This document shows positions 10,832 to 21,625 of a stretch of 64,000 bases of DNA, one piece after another (the stretch's first letter is position 1; every line of letters begins with the position of its first letter). The translations under genes and the position numbers were made by a program. The notes under the pieces are model-generated. The model had not been told where the DNA came from and ran no database searches. It saw nothing but the letters and a program-made list of their open reading frames with translations. Source of the DNA: Candidatus Cloacimonadales bacterium (lineage in GTDB: Bacteria; Cloacimonadota; Cloacimonadia; Cloacimonadales; WRIO01); assembly GCA_041654875.1 (NCBI GenBank), contig JBAZCP010000001.1:89920-153919 (forward strand), in the 5' to 3' direction.

Positions 10832-12355
10832 TTAGTAACTCTTAGCAAATATCACCCTCTTTTTGCTTGGTTTGTTGCAATATATGCAATTGCCATCTTC
10901 TAATTCTGCATTATTTGGCATACAACGAATAGTGACTTTGAGCTCTGACTTGATAGCATCTTCACAATCATTACTACCGCACCAATGTGAGTTTGCAAAA
11001 CCACCATGTATTTCTGGTTTTTCAATATCTTTGGGGGTAAAGAATTTGTAGAATTCGTCTTTATCGTCTATTTGCTTTGTATTTTCTTTTCTAAATTCTA
11101 AAGCTCTATTGAATATGTTTGACTGGATTTCATCGAGAATTGATATAAGCTGAGCAACAAAGTCTTTGGAACTAAGACTTTGCTTATCTTTTGCGTCTTT
11201 ATCTCTTCTGCCTATAAAAACAGAATTGTTTTCAATATCTCTTGGACCAATTTCTATGCGTAATGGTGCACCCTTTTTAATCCAATGCCAGCTTTTTTCG
11301 CTGTTTGTCATATCTCTATCATCAACAAAGTATCTTATATGTTCATCATGATAGCGTAAAGGCTTGATATCAGTAATGATATTGCCTATATAATCAATTA
11401 CTTTTTCTCTATCTTGCTCGTTTTTATAAATAGGAATAAAGATAATATGTTCTGGAGCAACTTTTGGAGGTAAAACTAATCCATTATCATCACTGTGTGC
11501 CATAATAAGTGCACCAATTAGGCGTGTTGATACGCCCCAAGAGGTAGTCCAAGCATATTGTACTTCGCCACTCTTATTCTGGAACTTAATATCTGATGCT
11601 TGTGCAAAGTTTTGACCCAAAAAGTGAGATGTTCCAGCTTGAAGTGCCTTTTTATCTTGCATCATCGCTTCAATAGTATATGTGTTAACTGCTCCTGGAA
11701 ATCTTTCTCCTTCTGTTTTTTCGCCTTCTATTACAGGTATAGCAAGATATTCTCTGGCAAATTTTGCATATACTCCAAGCATTTTAATTGTTTCTTCCTC
11801 TGCTTCTTCTTTTGTAGCATGTACAGTATGCCCTTCTTGCCATAAAAACTCTGCTGTTCTTAAAAAGAGACGAGTGCGTAGTTCCCAACGTACAACATTT
11901 GCCCACTGATTAATCAGAAGCGGTAAATCTCTATAAGATTGTACCCATCGTGCAAATGAGGCACCAATAATTGTTTCAGAGGTGGGGCGGACTATATATG
12001 GTTCTGTTAGCTCTCCAGCAACCTTTAGCTTGCCAGTTCCATCATCTTCAAGCCTTGAATGAGTAACAACAGCACATTCTTTTGCAAATCCTTCAACATG
12101 TTCGGCTTCTTTTTCAAAGAAACTTTTAGGTATAAATATTGGAAAATAGGCATTTCTGTGCCCAGTTTCTTTAAACATTTGGTCGAGGTTTCTTTGGATA
12201 TTTTCCCAAATAGCATAGCCCCATGGTTTGATGACCATACATCCGCGTACATCGCTATTTTCGGCCATATCAGCGGCTTTTATTACTTGTTGATACCATT
12301 CAGGGTAATCATCTTCTCTTGTTGGTATAATAGCTGTTCTTGGCTTTTTTGCCAT
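10832..12355 (-). CDS. proS: Prolyl-tRNA synthetase (archaeal/eukaryote-like type without the INS editing domain)
   Basis: 507 aa with class II motifs, the typical N-terminus YPEWYQQVIKAADMAE, and a C-terminal zinc-binding-like domain. Confidence 0.95.
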   Translation of the reverse strand: MAKKPRTAIIPTREDDYPEWYQQVIKAADMAENSDVRGCMVIKPWGYAIWENIQRNLDQMFKETGHRNAYFPIFIPKSFFEKEAEHVEGFAKECAVVTHSRLEDDGTGKLKVAGELTEPYIVRPTSETIIGASFARWVQSYRDLPLLINQWANVVRWELRTRLFLRTAEFLWQEGHTVHATKEEAEEETIKMLGVYAKFAREYLAIPVIEGEKTEGERFPGAVNTYTIEAMMQDKKALQAGTSHFLGQNFAQASDIKFQNKSGEVQYAWTTSWGVSTRLIGALIMAHSDDNGLVLPPKVAPEHIIFIPIYKNEQDREKVIDYIGNIITDIKPLRYHDEHIRYFVDDRDMTNSEKSWHWIKKGAPLRIEIGPRDIENNSVFIGRRDKDAKDKQSLSSKDFVAQLISILDEIQSNIFNRALEFRKENTKQIDDKDEFYKFFTPKDIEKPEIHGGFANSHWCGSNDCEDAIKSELKVTIRCMPNNAELEDGNCIYCNKPSKKRVIFAKSY

Positions 12356-12430
12356 GATAACTCCTTTGTATCTATTTTTTATAAAACAATGATTAAATTT
12401 TTGATTTAATAGTCAATTAGATTTTCAAGT

Positions 12431-14086
12431 TTATTCAAAATGAGAGCGTACAAGCTCGAATGCGTAGCATTTTAGCAAAGTATTTATATGTTTTGGATCT
12501 TCAGCGTTTGCCCTTGAAATGATTTTTTGTAGCTTTATGTGGTTATAATATGGGCTTCGTTGAGCTTCTATTGAGTTGAGTTTTTCGATTATATCTTGCT
12601 TAAACAGTCTAAATAGGATTACGCTTGAGTTTGTTTGACTGGCTAATTTTATTTTAGGTTCTTTTGCTTTGATATGAAAAAGCAATTCTGGATAATTTCT
12701 CGCTATTTGGTTATGGTATTCTTTAAAAAGAATTAAGGGTTTTGTGTTGAGATTTATGCGAGCTTTTATCAAATCGAAATGCAAATTGGGATTGTAAAAG
12801 CTTGCATATTGATTAAGAAATGCTAACTTATGGGCATGTGTATGCACTCCATGCAACATCAGCATAATAAACTCATCTCTTTGTTCATCATTGATAAAGC
12901 TATGCATAGAAAGCTGGCTTTTAAAGTCCTGGAGATGCTGGGCAAGTCCTTTCTTTAAAAATCTACTAAATTCTTCTCGAATCCAGCTATAATCGACTTT
13001 GAAGTGCTTGATTATTGAGCTTATATTGTCCTCATTCAGAGCTTTAATAAAAGATTTATTAATACTATAATTATAGTTTCTAAAGTAAAAGTGTGAAAAA
13101 TCATGCAACATAAAGTTGTAGCCTGCTTTATTAAGCTGGTTAGAAAAATGAATATAGTTTAATTCAGCTGGAATATCGCTATTAAATGTACTTAATATGT
13201 ATTGATTCCATAGGTTGAATAGTCTCTTTTTGTCGTCAATTCCAGGATTATGTTCAGAGTTGATATTAAAAGTATTTTGAAAGCTTGTAAATTGTTCTAA
13301 TTCTTCTTTATCATAAGGCTCCAACATAGACCAATTGTCTTTTGCTTTATTGAGTAATAAAGAAAGAGTGTATCTATTGGCTGTTGTATCATCAGACTGC
13401 AATAGTAGCTTTTTTTGCGAGTCAGGGTAAACAGTTAGAGCCTTATTTAACTTAAAAAAATAAGTGTTAATATCAGGCTCTTTAAAATCAGTCAAATCAA
13501 TACGTCTTTTTCCTGAAGTAAATTTATCATTATAAGCTTTTAAATAGGATGAAGCACCGAATCGAGATACATTTTTCATAAAAGATTGAGAAACAAACAT
13601 ATTAGGTAATAAAGCAAAGGCTCCAAATGCACTGTAATTCCAAGGCTTTTTATCAAGATAATTAGTTAGCCAATCAAGCCTACTGGCAATTATTGTATAC
13701 CCTTGTGAGGACGTATAGAACATGTCTTGTATGCCAAGTGTATCGTTCCAAACTTCAATTTCCTGTTCGTTCCATTTAAAGATTACATAGCCGCCATTCA
13801 TATCTTGTGAGTCTATAGTGCCATCTATTAATCTTTTCCAGTCGTTTTTTTCAGCTATTCCATATCCTGTTTCTTTAGTAAGATAGGCATTTCCAACTAC
13901 TAACCATCCAGACTTTTGTTCATAGCTATCATAATGTACAGTTGTATTGTGTTTTGTATCGGCAAAAGCAAGGTAAAATGAGGGTTTTATAATTGTGTTA
14001 TTTGTTTTTTTATGGGTTTGCAGGAATTTATCTATTTCCCACTTTACGAAAGGTTTGTGGCTTAACACACAAAATACCCAACTCAT
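12431..14086 (-). CDS. Hypothetical protein, distant asparagine-synthetase-B-like fold with degenerate catalytic motifs
   Basis: 551 aa. The N-terminal half follows the AsnB/GATase-II pattern (GWLVVGNAYL, GGYVIFKWN, VWNDTLGIQDMFY, IIASRLDWL). It starts MSW rather than MCG, and the expected PP-loop SGGxDS position reads QSDDTT. Confidence 0.35.
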   Translation of the reverse strand: MSWVFCVLSHKPFVKWEIDKFLQTHKKTNNTIIKPSFYLAFADTKHNTTVHYDSYEQKSGWLVVGNAYLTKETGYGIAEKNDWKRLIDGTIDSQDMNGGYVIFKWNEQEIEVWNDTLGIQDMFYTSSQGYTIIASRLDWLTNYLDKKPWNYSAFGAFALLPNMFVSQSFMKNVSRFGASSYLKAYNDKFTSGKRRIDLTDFKEPDINTYFFKLNKALTVYPDSQKKLLLQSDDTTANRYTLSLLLNKAKDNWSMLEPYDKEELEQFTSFQNTFNINSEHNPGIDDKKRLFNLWNQYILSTFNSDIPAELNYIHFSNQLNKAGYNFMLHDFSHFYFRNYNYSINKSFIKALNEDNISSIIKHFKVDYSWIREEFSRFLKKGLAQHLQDFKSQLSMHSFINDEQRDEFIMLMLHGVHTHAHKLAFLNQYASFYNPNLHFDLIKARINLNTKPLILFKEYHNQIARNYPELLFHIKAKEPKIKLASQTNSSVILFRLFKQDIIEKLNSIEAQRSPYYNHIKLQKIISRANAEDPKHINTLLKCYAFELVRSHFE

Positions 14087-14131
14087 TTCTTTTCTCCTAA
14101 TGAATAATGCTAATTATTCTTAACAAAGAAT

Positions 14132-14159
14132 AAAAAGAGCAAAATCTTAATTTTGCTCT
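14132..14159 (-). terminator. Rho-independent terminator after rpoD
   Basis: On the minus strand, AGAGCAAAAT-TAAG-ATTTTGCTCT is followed by TTTTTATT. Confidence 0.8.
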
Positions 14160-14169
14160 TTGTATAAAA

Positions 14170-15915
14170 TTAGCTTTGTTTTACATTAAAGTTTTCGATA
14201 AATTGAGTTAGTGTTGCACTTCTTGATGGATGTCTAAGCTTTCTAAGGGCTTTATCCTCAATTTGTCTTATTCGTTCTCGTGTTACATTAAATATATTGC
14301 CTACTTCTTCCAATGTTCTGTGGTTTCCATCATCGATACCAAAGCGTAGGCGTATTACTCGTTCTTCTCTTTGATTGAGTGTTTTTAAGATATCATCAAC
14401 TTGTCTTTTTAATAAGTTTCTTTCTGCCATTCGTTCGGGCGAAATTGTTGATTTATCTTCAATAAAGTCACCAAGATTACTATCTTCACTGTCATTACCA
14501 AGTGGTCTATCGAGCGACACAGGCTCTTTTGAGATGGAAAGTATATTTTTAACTTTATCAACAGTGATTTCAAGTGCATCAGCTATCTCATCAGGATGAG
14601 GTTCTCTACCGAGCTTTTGCATAAGCTTTCTGCTCATTCTATTTAGTTTATTAATTGACTCTATCATATGAACAGGTACACGGATTGTTCTGGCCTGATC
14701 AGCAATGGCTCTGGTAATTGCTTGTCTAATCCACCAAGTTGCGTAAGTCGAGAATTTGTAGCCTTTACGGTAGTCATATTTATCAACAGCTCTCATCAAG
14801 CCAGTATTACCTTCTTGTATCAGGTCCATAAAGTCTAAACCACGATTGATGTATCTTTTAGCTATGCTTACGACCAGGCGAACGTTTGCTTCGATAAGTT
14901 CATTTTTAGAGCGTTCTCTCATTTTTTCAGCACGTTCAATTTCTCGCAATAAGTTCATCATTTCATCAGAATTCATTTTGGTTTCGAGTTCTACACGTCT
15001 GATTTTTCTTTTGGCATTTTTTATTTTTCGTAATGTTTCGATAAACTGATTTGGATTAACGCCTGTTTCTGCTTTTACCTCATCAAAGTCTTCTTTGGAT
15101 TTTTTTGCTCTTCTGCCAAGCAAACAAATGTCGTCAAAAGAATATCCTTTTATTCGCACCAAATCATTTATTTGTTGTTGGGACTCTTCGATTCTATTTA
15201 CCAAACTTTTAATCCTATACACCATTCGTTTGATAAGCTTTTCATTAAACACAAGCCTTTGAAATGCACTGACAATTTGCTCTCTTTTTTTATCTATTTC
15301 GTCTGCCATTAAGAGCATTCCATCTTCATCATAGCCTGAATTGTCAATTATATCACCGACTTCGTTAAATATATCTTCAGCTTCTCTTATTATTGATTTA
15401 AACTCGTCCATTATTTTCTGATCTTGAGTCTTGTCGACCCAGCTACCATATTCAAGTCTAAAGATTTGGTCAATTCTTACACGTTTTTCATTATAACGAT
15501 ATAAAAAATTAAACATTTCTTTGAGCGTGCTTCCACATTTAAACACATTTTGATTTATCATCCTTTGAAAGCTTTCGATTTTCTTTGCAATACGAACTTC
15601 ACCTTCTCTATCGAGCAAGCCAACTCGTCCCATTTCTTTAAAATACATTTTCACAGGATCATCATAATACTTACGATTTACTGTCTTCTTTGTTTGGACA
15701 TTCTTTTTGACATGTGCTGCGCTTTTTGTGACTTTCTTTTGTGTCTCATCAATAATGTCAATACCTTGATCTTTCAAGTCATGAATAATATCGTCAATTT
15801 TGTCTAAAAATAAGGGATTGTCGGGTAATATTTCGTTTATTTGCTTATATGTTACATACCCTGCTTCCTTACCGAGTATAAATAATTTTTGCATATAATC
15901 ATTATAACTCAGCAT
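14170..15915 (-). CDS. rpoD: RNA polymerase primary sigma factor
   Basis: 581 aa. Regions 2-4 are conserved ([27 protein letters not shown]; [19 protein letters not shown]). Confidence 0.96.
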   Translation of the reverse strand: MLSYNDYMQKLFILGKEAGYVTYKQINEILPDNPLFLDKIDDIIHDLKDQGIDIIDETQKKVTKSAAHVKKNVQTKKTVNRKYYDDPVKMYFKEMGRVGLLDREGEVRIAKKIESFQRMINQNVFKCGSTLKEMFNFLYRYNEKRVRIDQIFRLEYGSWVDKTQDQKIMDEFKSIIREAEDIFNEVGDIIDNSGYDEDGMLLMADEIDKKREQIVSAFQRLVFNEKLIKRMVYRIKSLVNRIEESQQQINDLVRIKGYSFDDICLLGRRAKKSKEDFDEVKAETGVNPNQFIETLRKIKNAKRKIRRVELETKMNSDEMMNLLREIERAEKMRERSKNELIEANVRLVVSIAKRYINRGLDFMDLIQEGNTGLMRAVDKYDYRKGYKFSTYATWWIRQAITRAIADQARTIRVPVHMIESINKLNRMSRKLMQKLGREPHPDEIADALEITVDKVKNILSISKEPVSLDRPLGNDSEDSNLGDFIEDKSTISPERMAERNLLKRQVDDILKTLNQREERVIRLRFGIDDGNHRTLEEVGNIFNVTRERIRQIEDKALRKLRHPSRSATLTQFIENFNVKQS

Positions 15916-15924
15916 TTACTCTCC

Positions 15925-17799
15925 TTAAAAAATAGTTTTGTGGACAACAGACTTTGATAAAGCTTGAATTTCTTTTCGAAGAAATATCTTCTCTTCATAC
16001 AATTCTGCATTGTCCGGGTTTTTTGTTATTTGTTCATTAATCTCATTTAAATTTTCTTGTAGTTTTCTAAGTTTTATTTGCATAATTAAATCTTGAATAT
16101 CAAAATCGAAATCTTTAGCAAGCATAAAACCTGTTATTATGCCTTTTAATGCCTCACTTTCAAATTGATTCAGAAAATCATCTATCCTTTCATATATACC
16201 TAAATCATGATTATCGCATAGTTTGATATAAATACTTTTCATATCACTATTAATAAAGTAATCAGAATCTAATTCAGATGCAACTTTTTTTATCAAATTA
16301 TTATTTTTTATCAAATATTGTATCAAATATGCTTCTGCTAAATGTTTGTCAATTGTAGATTTCTGGGATTTATTCGCCATCTTAGATTGGGTTGTTTTAG
16401 GTTCAGAACTTATTTGTTGTGGTGTAGCTTTACTATAATCAGCCTCTACTTTATCATAAGTTCTTATTGTGCTTAATTGTTGTTTTAGGCTACTTATTTG
16501 AACGTCAAAGCGCTTACTAATCTCGTTCAAAAACAGGTCTCGGCTAATAAGATCTGTTAATTCATGGGCTACTTCAATCAAAAAGTCAATTGACTCTCTT
16601 GCTTGATCGTGATATTTATTATTGTATATAAAATCAATCAATGTACTTGCTTCATTAACAAGAAGTTGCAAGGACTCAGGTGAGTTTTTTAATAGATAAG
16701 TGTCAGGATCTTCATTTACGGGTAAATTAATAATCTTAACGCTTAATCCTGTTTTCAATGCTAAAGCAGCACCTTTTATAGCAGCGTCTTTACCAGCTCT
16801 GTCACTATCAAATAAAATATAAATGTTATTAGTATATCTTTTTAATAATTGTAACTGTTCTTCTGTCAATGCGGTGCCCAATGTAGCAACTGAGTTGGTG
16901 AAACCGCATTCCCATAGACGTAAAAAATCAAGATATCCCTCTGAAACAATCACGTATTTCATCTTATTAATTTCATATCGTGAATGATATAAACCATAAA
17001 GCACATTACCTTTTTGATAAATACGTGTGGTTGGTGAGTTAATATACTTTCCAAACTTTTCTGTTTCAGCTGTCAGTGCACGCCCTCCAAAGGCAACAAC
17101 TTTGCTATTTATGTCATGAATAGGAAACATAATTCGTTCGCGAAATATATCATAAGTATTATTGTTTTTAGATTTAAACAAACCAGTTTCATCAAGAATA
17201 TCATCATTAATTTGATTTCTCTTGAGGTGTTGCAATAAACCTTTATAGCTATTTAAAGAAAAACCAATATTGAATTTATTGATTGTTTCTTCAGTCAATT
17301 GTCTATTTTTTAGATAAGTCAATGCCATGCTACCGTGCTTTTTTAAGTTTTCAATATAATAGTCGTTTGCGAGACTGTAAATTGTATATAAAAGCTTAGT
17401 TTTTTTATCTAACTTCTTTTTGGGTCTATTTGTAGGAATTTCAAGATTTATTCGTTCTGCAAGCTTTCTTACTGCTTCTATAAAAGATATCTTTTCATAA
17501 TCTCTAACAAAGGTGATTACATTGCCTGCTTTACCACAACCAAAGCATTTGAAAATTTGTTTTGATGGGCTTACAGTAAAGGATCCTGTTTTTTCTTCAT
17601 GAAAAGGACAACGTGCCTTAAAGTTAGAGCCAGCACGAGTTAGTTTGATATATGAGCCTATAACATCAGCAATATTGATACTGTTGATGATTGTGTCTAT
17701 TATTTTCTCGTCAATTTTACTATATGGCACATGATCACTAAATTCATCTTCTTTTAATAAGTCCTGTGTTGAGAAAGAATTATCACTTATTTTAGGCAT
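15925..17799 (-). CDS. dnaG: DNA primase
   Basis: Zinc ribbon CPFHEEKTGSFTVSPSKQIFKCFGCG and TOPRIM motifs (VSEGYLDF, FDSDRAG). Confidence 0.95.
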   Translation of the reverse strand: MPKISDNSFSTQDLLKEDEFSDHVPYSKIDEKIIDTIINSINIADVIGSYIKLTRAGSNFKARCPFHEEKTGSFTVSPSKQIFKCFGCGKAGNVITFVRDYEKISFIEAVRKLAERINLEIPTNRPKKKLDKKTKLLYTIYSLANDYYIENLKKHGSMALTYLKNRQLTEETINKFNIGFSLNSYKGLLQHLKRNQINDDILDETGLFKSKNNNTYDIFRERIMFPIHDINSKVVAFGGRALTAETEKFGKYINSPTTRIYQKGNVLYGLYHSRYEINKMKYVIVSEGYLDFLRLWECGFTNSVATLGTALTEEQLQLLKRYTNNIYILFDSDRAGKDAAIKGAALALKTGLSVKIINLPVNEDPDTYLLKNSPESLQLLVNEASTLIDFIYNNKYHDQARESIDFLIEVAHELTDLISRDLFLNEISKRFDVQISSLKQQLSTIRTYDKVEADYSKATPQQISSEPKTTQSKMANKSQKSTIDKHLAEAYLIQYLIKNNNLIKKVASELDSDYFINSDMKSIYIKLCDNHDLGIYERIDDFLNQFESEALKGIITGFMLAKDFDFDIQDLIMQIKLRKLQENLNEINEQITKNPDNAELYEEKIFLRKEIQALSKSVVHKTIF

Positions 17800-20141
17800 A
17801 CTACTGTAACTCCATCTCCTCCTGATTCGATTGGTGGTGCAAAAAAATCAACAACTCTCTTGTTTTTTTTCAAATAAGATCTAACTTTTGTACGTAAAGC
17901 TCCAGTTCCTTTGCCATGTACTATGCGCACTCTATTTAGTCTGTTGAGAATGGCATTGTCAAGAAATTGATCAATCTGGGGCATTGCTTCTAAAAAAGTT
18001 AAGCCAAGCACCTTTAATTCGATATTTGAGTAATCTTCTTTATTGACAATTTGGCTACTTATTATGGCTTCTTGAGCTTCTTTTTTGTTTTCTAATAAAA
18101 CCAAATCTGTCATAGGGGAGTTAAAAAAAATTCCATTCATATCCACTTTTGCATTACCTTTATTTAGCTCAATAACGGTTGCTTTTGTCTCTAATTTTTC
18201 TAACCAGACTACAGACCCTACTTTTATTTTATCGTTTGATTTTGCCTTTGATTTACGCATTATAAGAGTTTCTGATTGTTTAAGTATATCATTTTGAAGA
18301 TTGTTGGTTTTATTGAGAGCTTCTTCAAGTTTTTGTTTTCTTTCAGCTTTGTTAATCTTTTTTATTTCTTCAATTTCTGCTATTAATTCTCTTTGTAAAT
18401 GAGTTAATTCTTCATTTTTTCTTTTTAAAGCTTCACTTATTTTTACTTTCTTTTGTTCTTCGATTTCATCAGTCTTCTTTTCATACTCGGAAATACGTTG
18501 TTCGAGTAATTTTGTTTTGATATCAAGCTTATATGTTGCTTGCCCTAAATATTTCTTCTCATCATTAAGTTTTGTTATTAAATGAGTAAGTTCCACGCTT
18601 TGATTTCCAGCTAATTCCTTAGCTTTATCTATGACACTTTTTTCAATACCTAATTTAGCAGCAATTTCAATAGCAAAGCTGTGTCCAGGCATTCCAAAGT
18701 TAAATTGGTATGTGGGTAAGTGACTTTTTGAGTCAAACTGCATAGAAGCATTTACGCATGATTCTGATTGTTCAGCGTAGATTTTAAGTGCTGTATAATG
18801 GGTAGTTATGATACCAGTTACGCCTTTTTGTACAAATTTCTCAAGTACTGCTTGTGCCAATGCTGATCCTTGTTCTGGATCAGTAGCTGCACCAATCTCA
18901 TCGATAAGTATAAGCGTGTTTTCATCACCTTTTTCGAGCATTTCAGCGATGTTTTTAATATGAGCTGAAAAGCTGCTAAGATATGATTCAATAGATTGAT
19001 TATCGCCAATATCAGCATAGACTTTATCAAATTTGCCAATCTGTGAGTTACTGTCAGCTGGTATTGGTAAACCAGAATGAGCCATTAATGTAAGCAATCC
19101 TATTGTCTTTAAAGTTACTGTTTTACCACCAGTATTAGGTCCTGAGATTAGCATTAGTTTCTTTTCTTTGCCAAGCTTTAAATCAAAAGGAATTACTTTT
19201 TTTATGTCATTATATTGAACGATTAAAAGTGGATGTCTTGCTTTTGTAAGTTCAATGATAGGTAAATCGACGAATAGCGGTGGGTTTGCCATAATCTTAT
19301 TAGAAAACCGTGCTATAGCAAATTCCGAATCAAGCTGAGACAGTATTTTTGAATTAATATATATTTGCTTTTTAACTTCGAATATTTCTTGGCTATATTT
19401 TGTAAAAATACGATAAATTTCTTGTTGTTCATCGCTATTTGTTTTGTTTAAATCATTATTTAAATTCATTACTTGCTTTGGCTCAAAGTAGATAGATGCA
19501 TTACTTGCTGAGCGTCCATGACTTATTCCATCAACAAATCCGCTTGCACCTTCTTTTATTAAAAGCACGTATCTATCGTCACGATGGGAGATGATTTTAT
19601 CCTGCAAATAGTTTTCCCAGCTTTGGTTTTTTTGTATGTCATCCAGAACTTTTAAGATATTACTTCTTAACTGTTTTTTCCTTTTTCTGATTGCCATAAG
19701 TTCTTTAGATGCAGTGTCTAATACTTCACCTTCAGCTGAGAATATCTCATAAAATCGTTTCTCAAGATAAAAGAAAGGCGATAGTTTTAATATCTTATTA
19801 GTGAAAATTGGATAATCTAAAAAAGATTCTTTATCTGAATAGATTTTGTTTGTGATTTTGACACACTCAATTATTTGTGTAAATTCTTCAAAATTATAAG
19901 AGCTATGTTCCCATTCTAAGAGTAATTCTTTGAGGTCTATCAGAGTTTCAAAATGATAATTATAGCCTAAAATAGATATTCTCTGTAACTCGTTAATAAG
20001 TTGTAATTTATCAATCTTATCTTGTTTTGCGTTCAATGGTTTTATGGATTCAGTTATTATTTTACCATTAAAACTATGAGTGTCTTTTTTTATCAATTCA
20101 ATAATTTTATTGAATTCAAGATGATGGAATGTGTTATACAT
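17787..20141 (-). CDS. mutS2: Endonuclease MutS2 (MutS-family ATPase with C-terminal Smr domain)
   Basis: 784 aa with Walker A GPNTGGKT and a C-terminal Smr domain (VRIVHGKGTGALR). Confidence 0.94.
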   Translation of the reverse strand: MYNTFHHLEFNKIIELIKKDTHSFNGKIITESIKPLNAKQDKIDKLQLINELQRISILGYNYHFETLIDLKELLLEWEHSSYNFEEFTQIIECVKITNKIYSDKESFLDYPIFTNKILKLSPFFYLEKRFYEIFSAEGEVLDTASKELMAIRKRKKQLRSNILKVLDDIQKNQSWENYLQDKIISHRDDRYVLLIKEGASGFVDGISHGRSASNASIYFEPKQVMNLNNDLNKTNSDEQQEIYRIFTKYSQEIFEVKKQIYINSKILSQLDSEFAIARFSNKIMANPPLFVDLPIIELTKARHPLLIVQYNDIKKVIPFDLKLGKEKKLMLISGPNTGGKTVTLKTIGLLTLMAHSGLPIPADSNSQIGKFDKVYADIGDNQSIESYLSSFSAHIKNIAEMLEKGDENTLILIDEIGAATDPEQGSALAQAVLEKFVQKGVTGIITTHYTALKIYAEQSESCVNASMQFDSKSHLPTYQFNFGMPGHSFAIEIAAKLGIEKSVIDKAKELAGNQSVELTHLITKLNDEKKYLGQATYKLDIKTKLLEQRISEYEKKTDEIEEQKKVKISEALKRKNEELTHLQRELIAEIEEIKKINKAERKQKLEEALNKTNNLQNDILKQSETLIMRKSKAKSNDKIKVGSVVWLEKLETKATVIELNKGNAKVDMNGIFFNSPMTDLVLLENKKEAQEAIISSQIVNKEDYSNIELKVLGLTFLEAMPQIDQFLDNAILNRLNRVRIVHGKGTGALRTKVRSYLKKNKRVVDFFAPPIESGGDGVTVVCLK

Positions 20142-20144
20142 TAT

Positions 20145-20669
20145 TTATTGTTTGATCGACTTAGCTTCTTTGTGTTTATCAATTTGGCTGACAATATTTG
20201 GAGTAATAACTTCTTTAATCTTTTGAGTTTCTTTTATAATATAAGACTTGTTGATATATTCTTGTATTGATTTAGTATATGGAACTAATTCAATAATAGT
20301 AATTAAAATCATTAATACAATAACAGCATTTAGAAATCCTATTAAGGCTCCAAAACACTTATTTACAAATGTTAACGAGAGAAGATTTGCTATCTGATTG
20401 AGTAAAATAATTACTAATTTTGACAGAATTACAACCATGACAAAGATTATGAGATAGGATAAAATATTAGCAAAGAATACGCCAATAGGGAATTTATTCA
20501 TAATTCCTGCTGTTACCATTGGAGCATATCTAATAATCAAAAGACATGCTACCACCAAGCCGACCCAATGTACTATTGTTGCGATTAAGCCTTTTTTAAA
20601 GCCAAAAAAAAGTGCAACAATAAAGTAAACAATTAGCACTATATTCAATACATTATAATTCATAAGCAC
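20145..20669 (-). CDS. cvpA: CvpA-family membrane protein
   Basis: 174 aa with four hydrophobic helices, in the typical position upstream of mutS2. Confidence 0.6.
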   Translation of the reverse strand: MLMNYNVLNIVLIVYFIVALFFGFKKGLIATIVHWVGLVVACLLIIRYAPMVTAGIMNKFPIGVFFANILSYLIIFVMVVILSKLVIILLNQIANLLSLTFVNKCFGALIGFLNAVIVLMILITIIELVPYTKSIQEYINKSYIIKETQKIKEVITPNIVSQIDKHKEAKSIKQ

Positions 20670-20698
20670 CTATAATATTTGATCTAAAGGGTTGTAAA

Positions 20699-20716
20699 AG
20701 GGGACTTTCATCCCCT
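20699..20716 (-). terminator. Intra-operon hairpin (possible attenuator) between yqeY and cvpA
   Basis: AGGGGA-loop-TCCCCT, followed on the minus strand by only a weak T-run (TTTAC). Confidence 0.3.
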
Positions 20717-20722
20717 AAATTT

Positions 20723-21160
20723 TCAAGATAATTTTTGTTTTACAATTGAGCTGATTATTGAGCCATCAGCACGTGAACCTACTTGTTCTTTGACAGCTTT
20801 AATAACAGCTCCCATTTCCTTTATAGTTTTTGCATCAAGATCATTAATTGATTTGTCAATTATTTGACTTAATTCATCTTCTGTCAAAGGAATGGGAAGG
20901 TATGTCCGCAGAATATCAATTTCAGCTTTGCCTTTTTCTACCAGATCATCTCGATTACCTTGATGAAAAAGTACATTTGCCTGTTCTTTACTTTTAACAG
21001 CTTTTTGGATTAGGCTAATGATTTCGGCGTCAGTAAGTTTCTTTTTAAGCTCAATTTCTTTGTTCTGCATTTCACTTTTTAGTATGCGAAGAACTTCAAG
21101 CTTGTGGGTATCTCTTTGACGCATAGCCTCTTTGATATCATTATTTATTCGTGTAAACAC
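20723..21160 (-). CDS. yqeY: GatB/YqeY domain protein
   Basis: 145 aa with YqeY-family sequence features (IKEAMRQRD...LRILKSE...EIISLIQK). Confidence 0.8.
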   Translation of the reverse strand: MFTRINNDIKEAMRQRDTHKLEVLRILKSEMQNKEIELKKKLTDAEIISLIQKAVKSKEQANVLFHQGNRDDLVEKGKAEIDILRTYLPIPLTEDELSQIIDKSINDLDAKTIKEMGAVIKAVKEQVGSRADGSIISSIVKQKLS

Positions 21161-21363
21161 TAACCATACCTCTCCATTTTGCGGGTGAGTTTAATCATCT
21201 TTCTTCTTGCAGCATTATTTTTACGCTTACGTTCGACACTTGGCTTCTCGTATGCTTGTCTTTTCTTAATTTCAGATAAGATAGCTGCTTTTTCACATTT
21301 CTTCTTAAAACGTTTTAAAGTTACTTCGAAAGGTTCTGTTTCTTTAGCATATACTGTTGGCAT
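21160..21363 (-). CDS. rpsU: 30S ribosomal protein S21
   Basis: [48 protein letters not shown]. Start set to the second ATG (21363); the upstream in-frame codons spell the SD GGAGGTG. Confidence 0.9.
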   Translation of the reverse strand: MPTVYAKETEPFEVTLKRFKKKCEKAAILSEIKKRQAYEKPSVERKRKNNAARRKMIKLTRKMERYG

Positions 21364-21625
21364 GTTTTCACCTCCTTTCATTTAACAAATTAATATAAGA
21401 TTAATACAATAATCTTTATATTATACATAAAAATAAAGTTCGCATTATTTGTCAAGATAAATTTGTCAATAAAAGAGAACTATTTGATTAGTGTTTGTAT
21501 CAGCTATTAATAGTAGAATTATTACAGTAATTGTAAAAATCATTGACTCAAACTTTTGACTTTGTAATCAATTTGAACTGACAGATATTAGCACATCTTT
21601 TTCATTCAGATGAACCCCCCTTATG

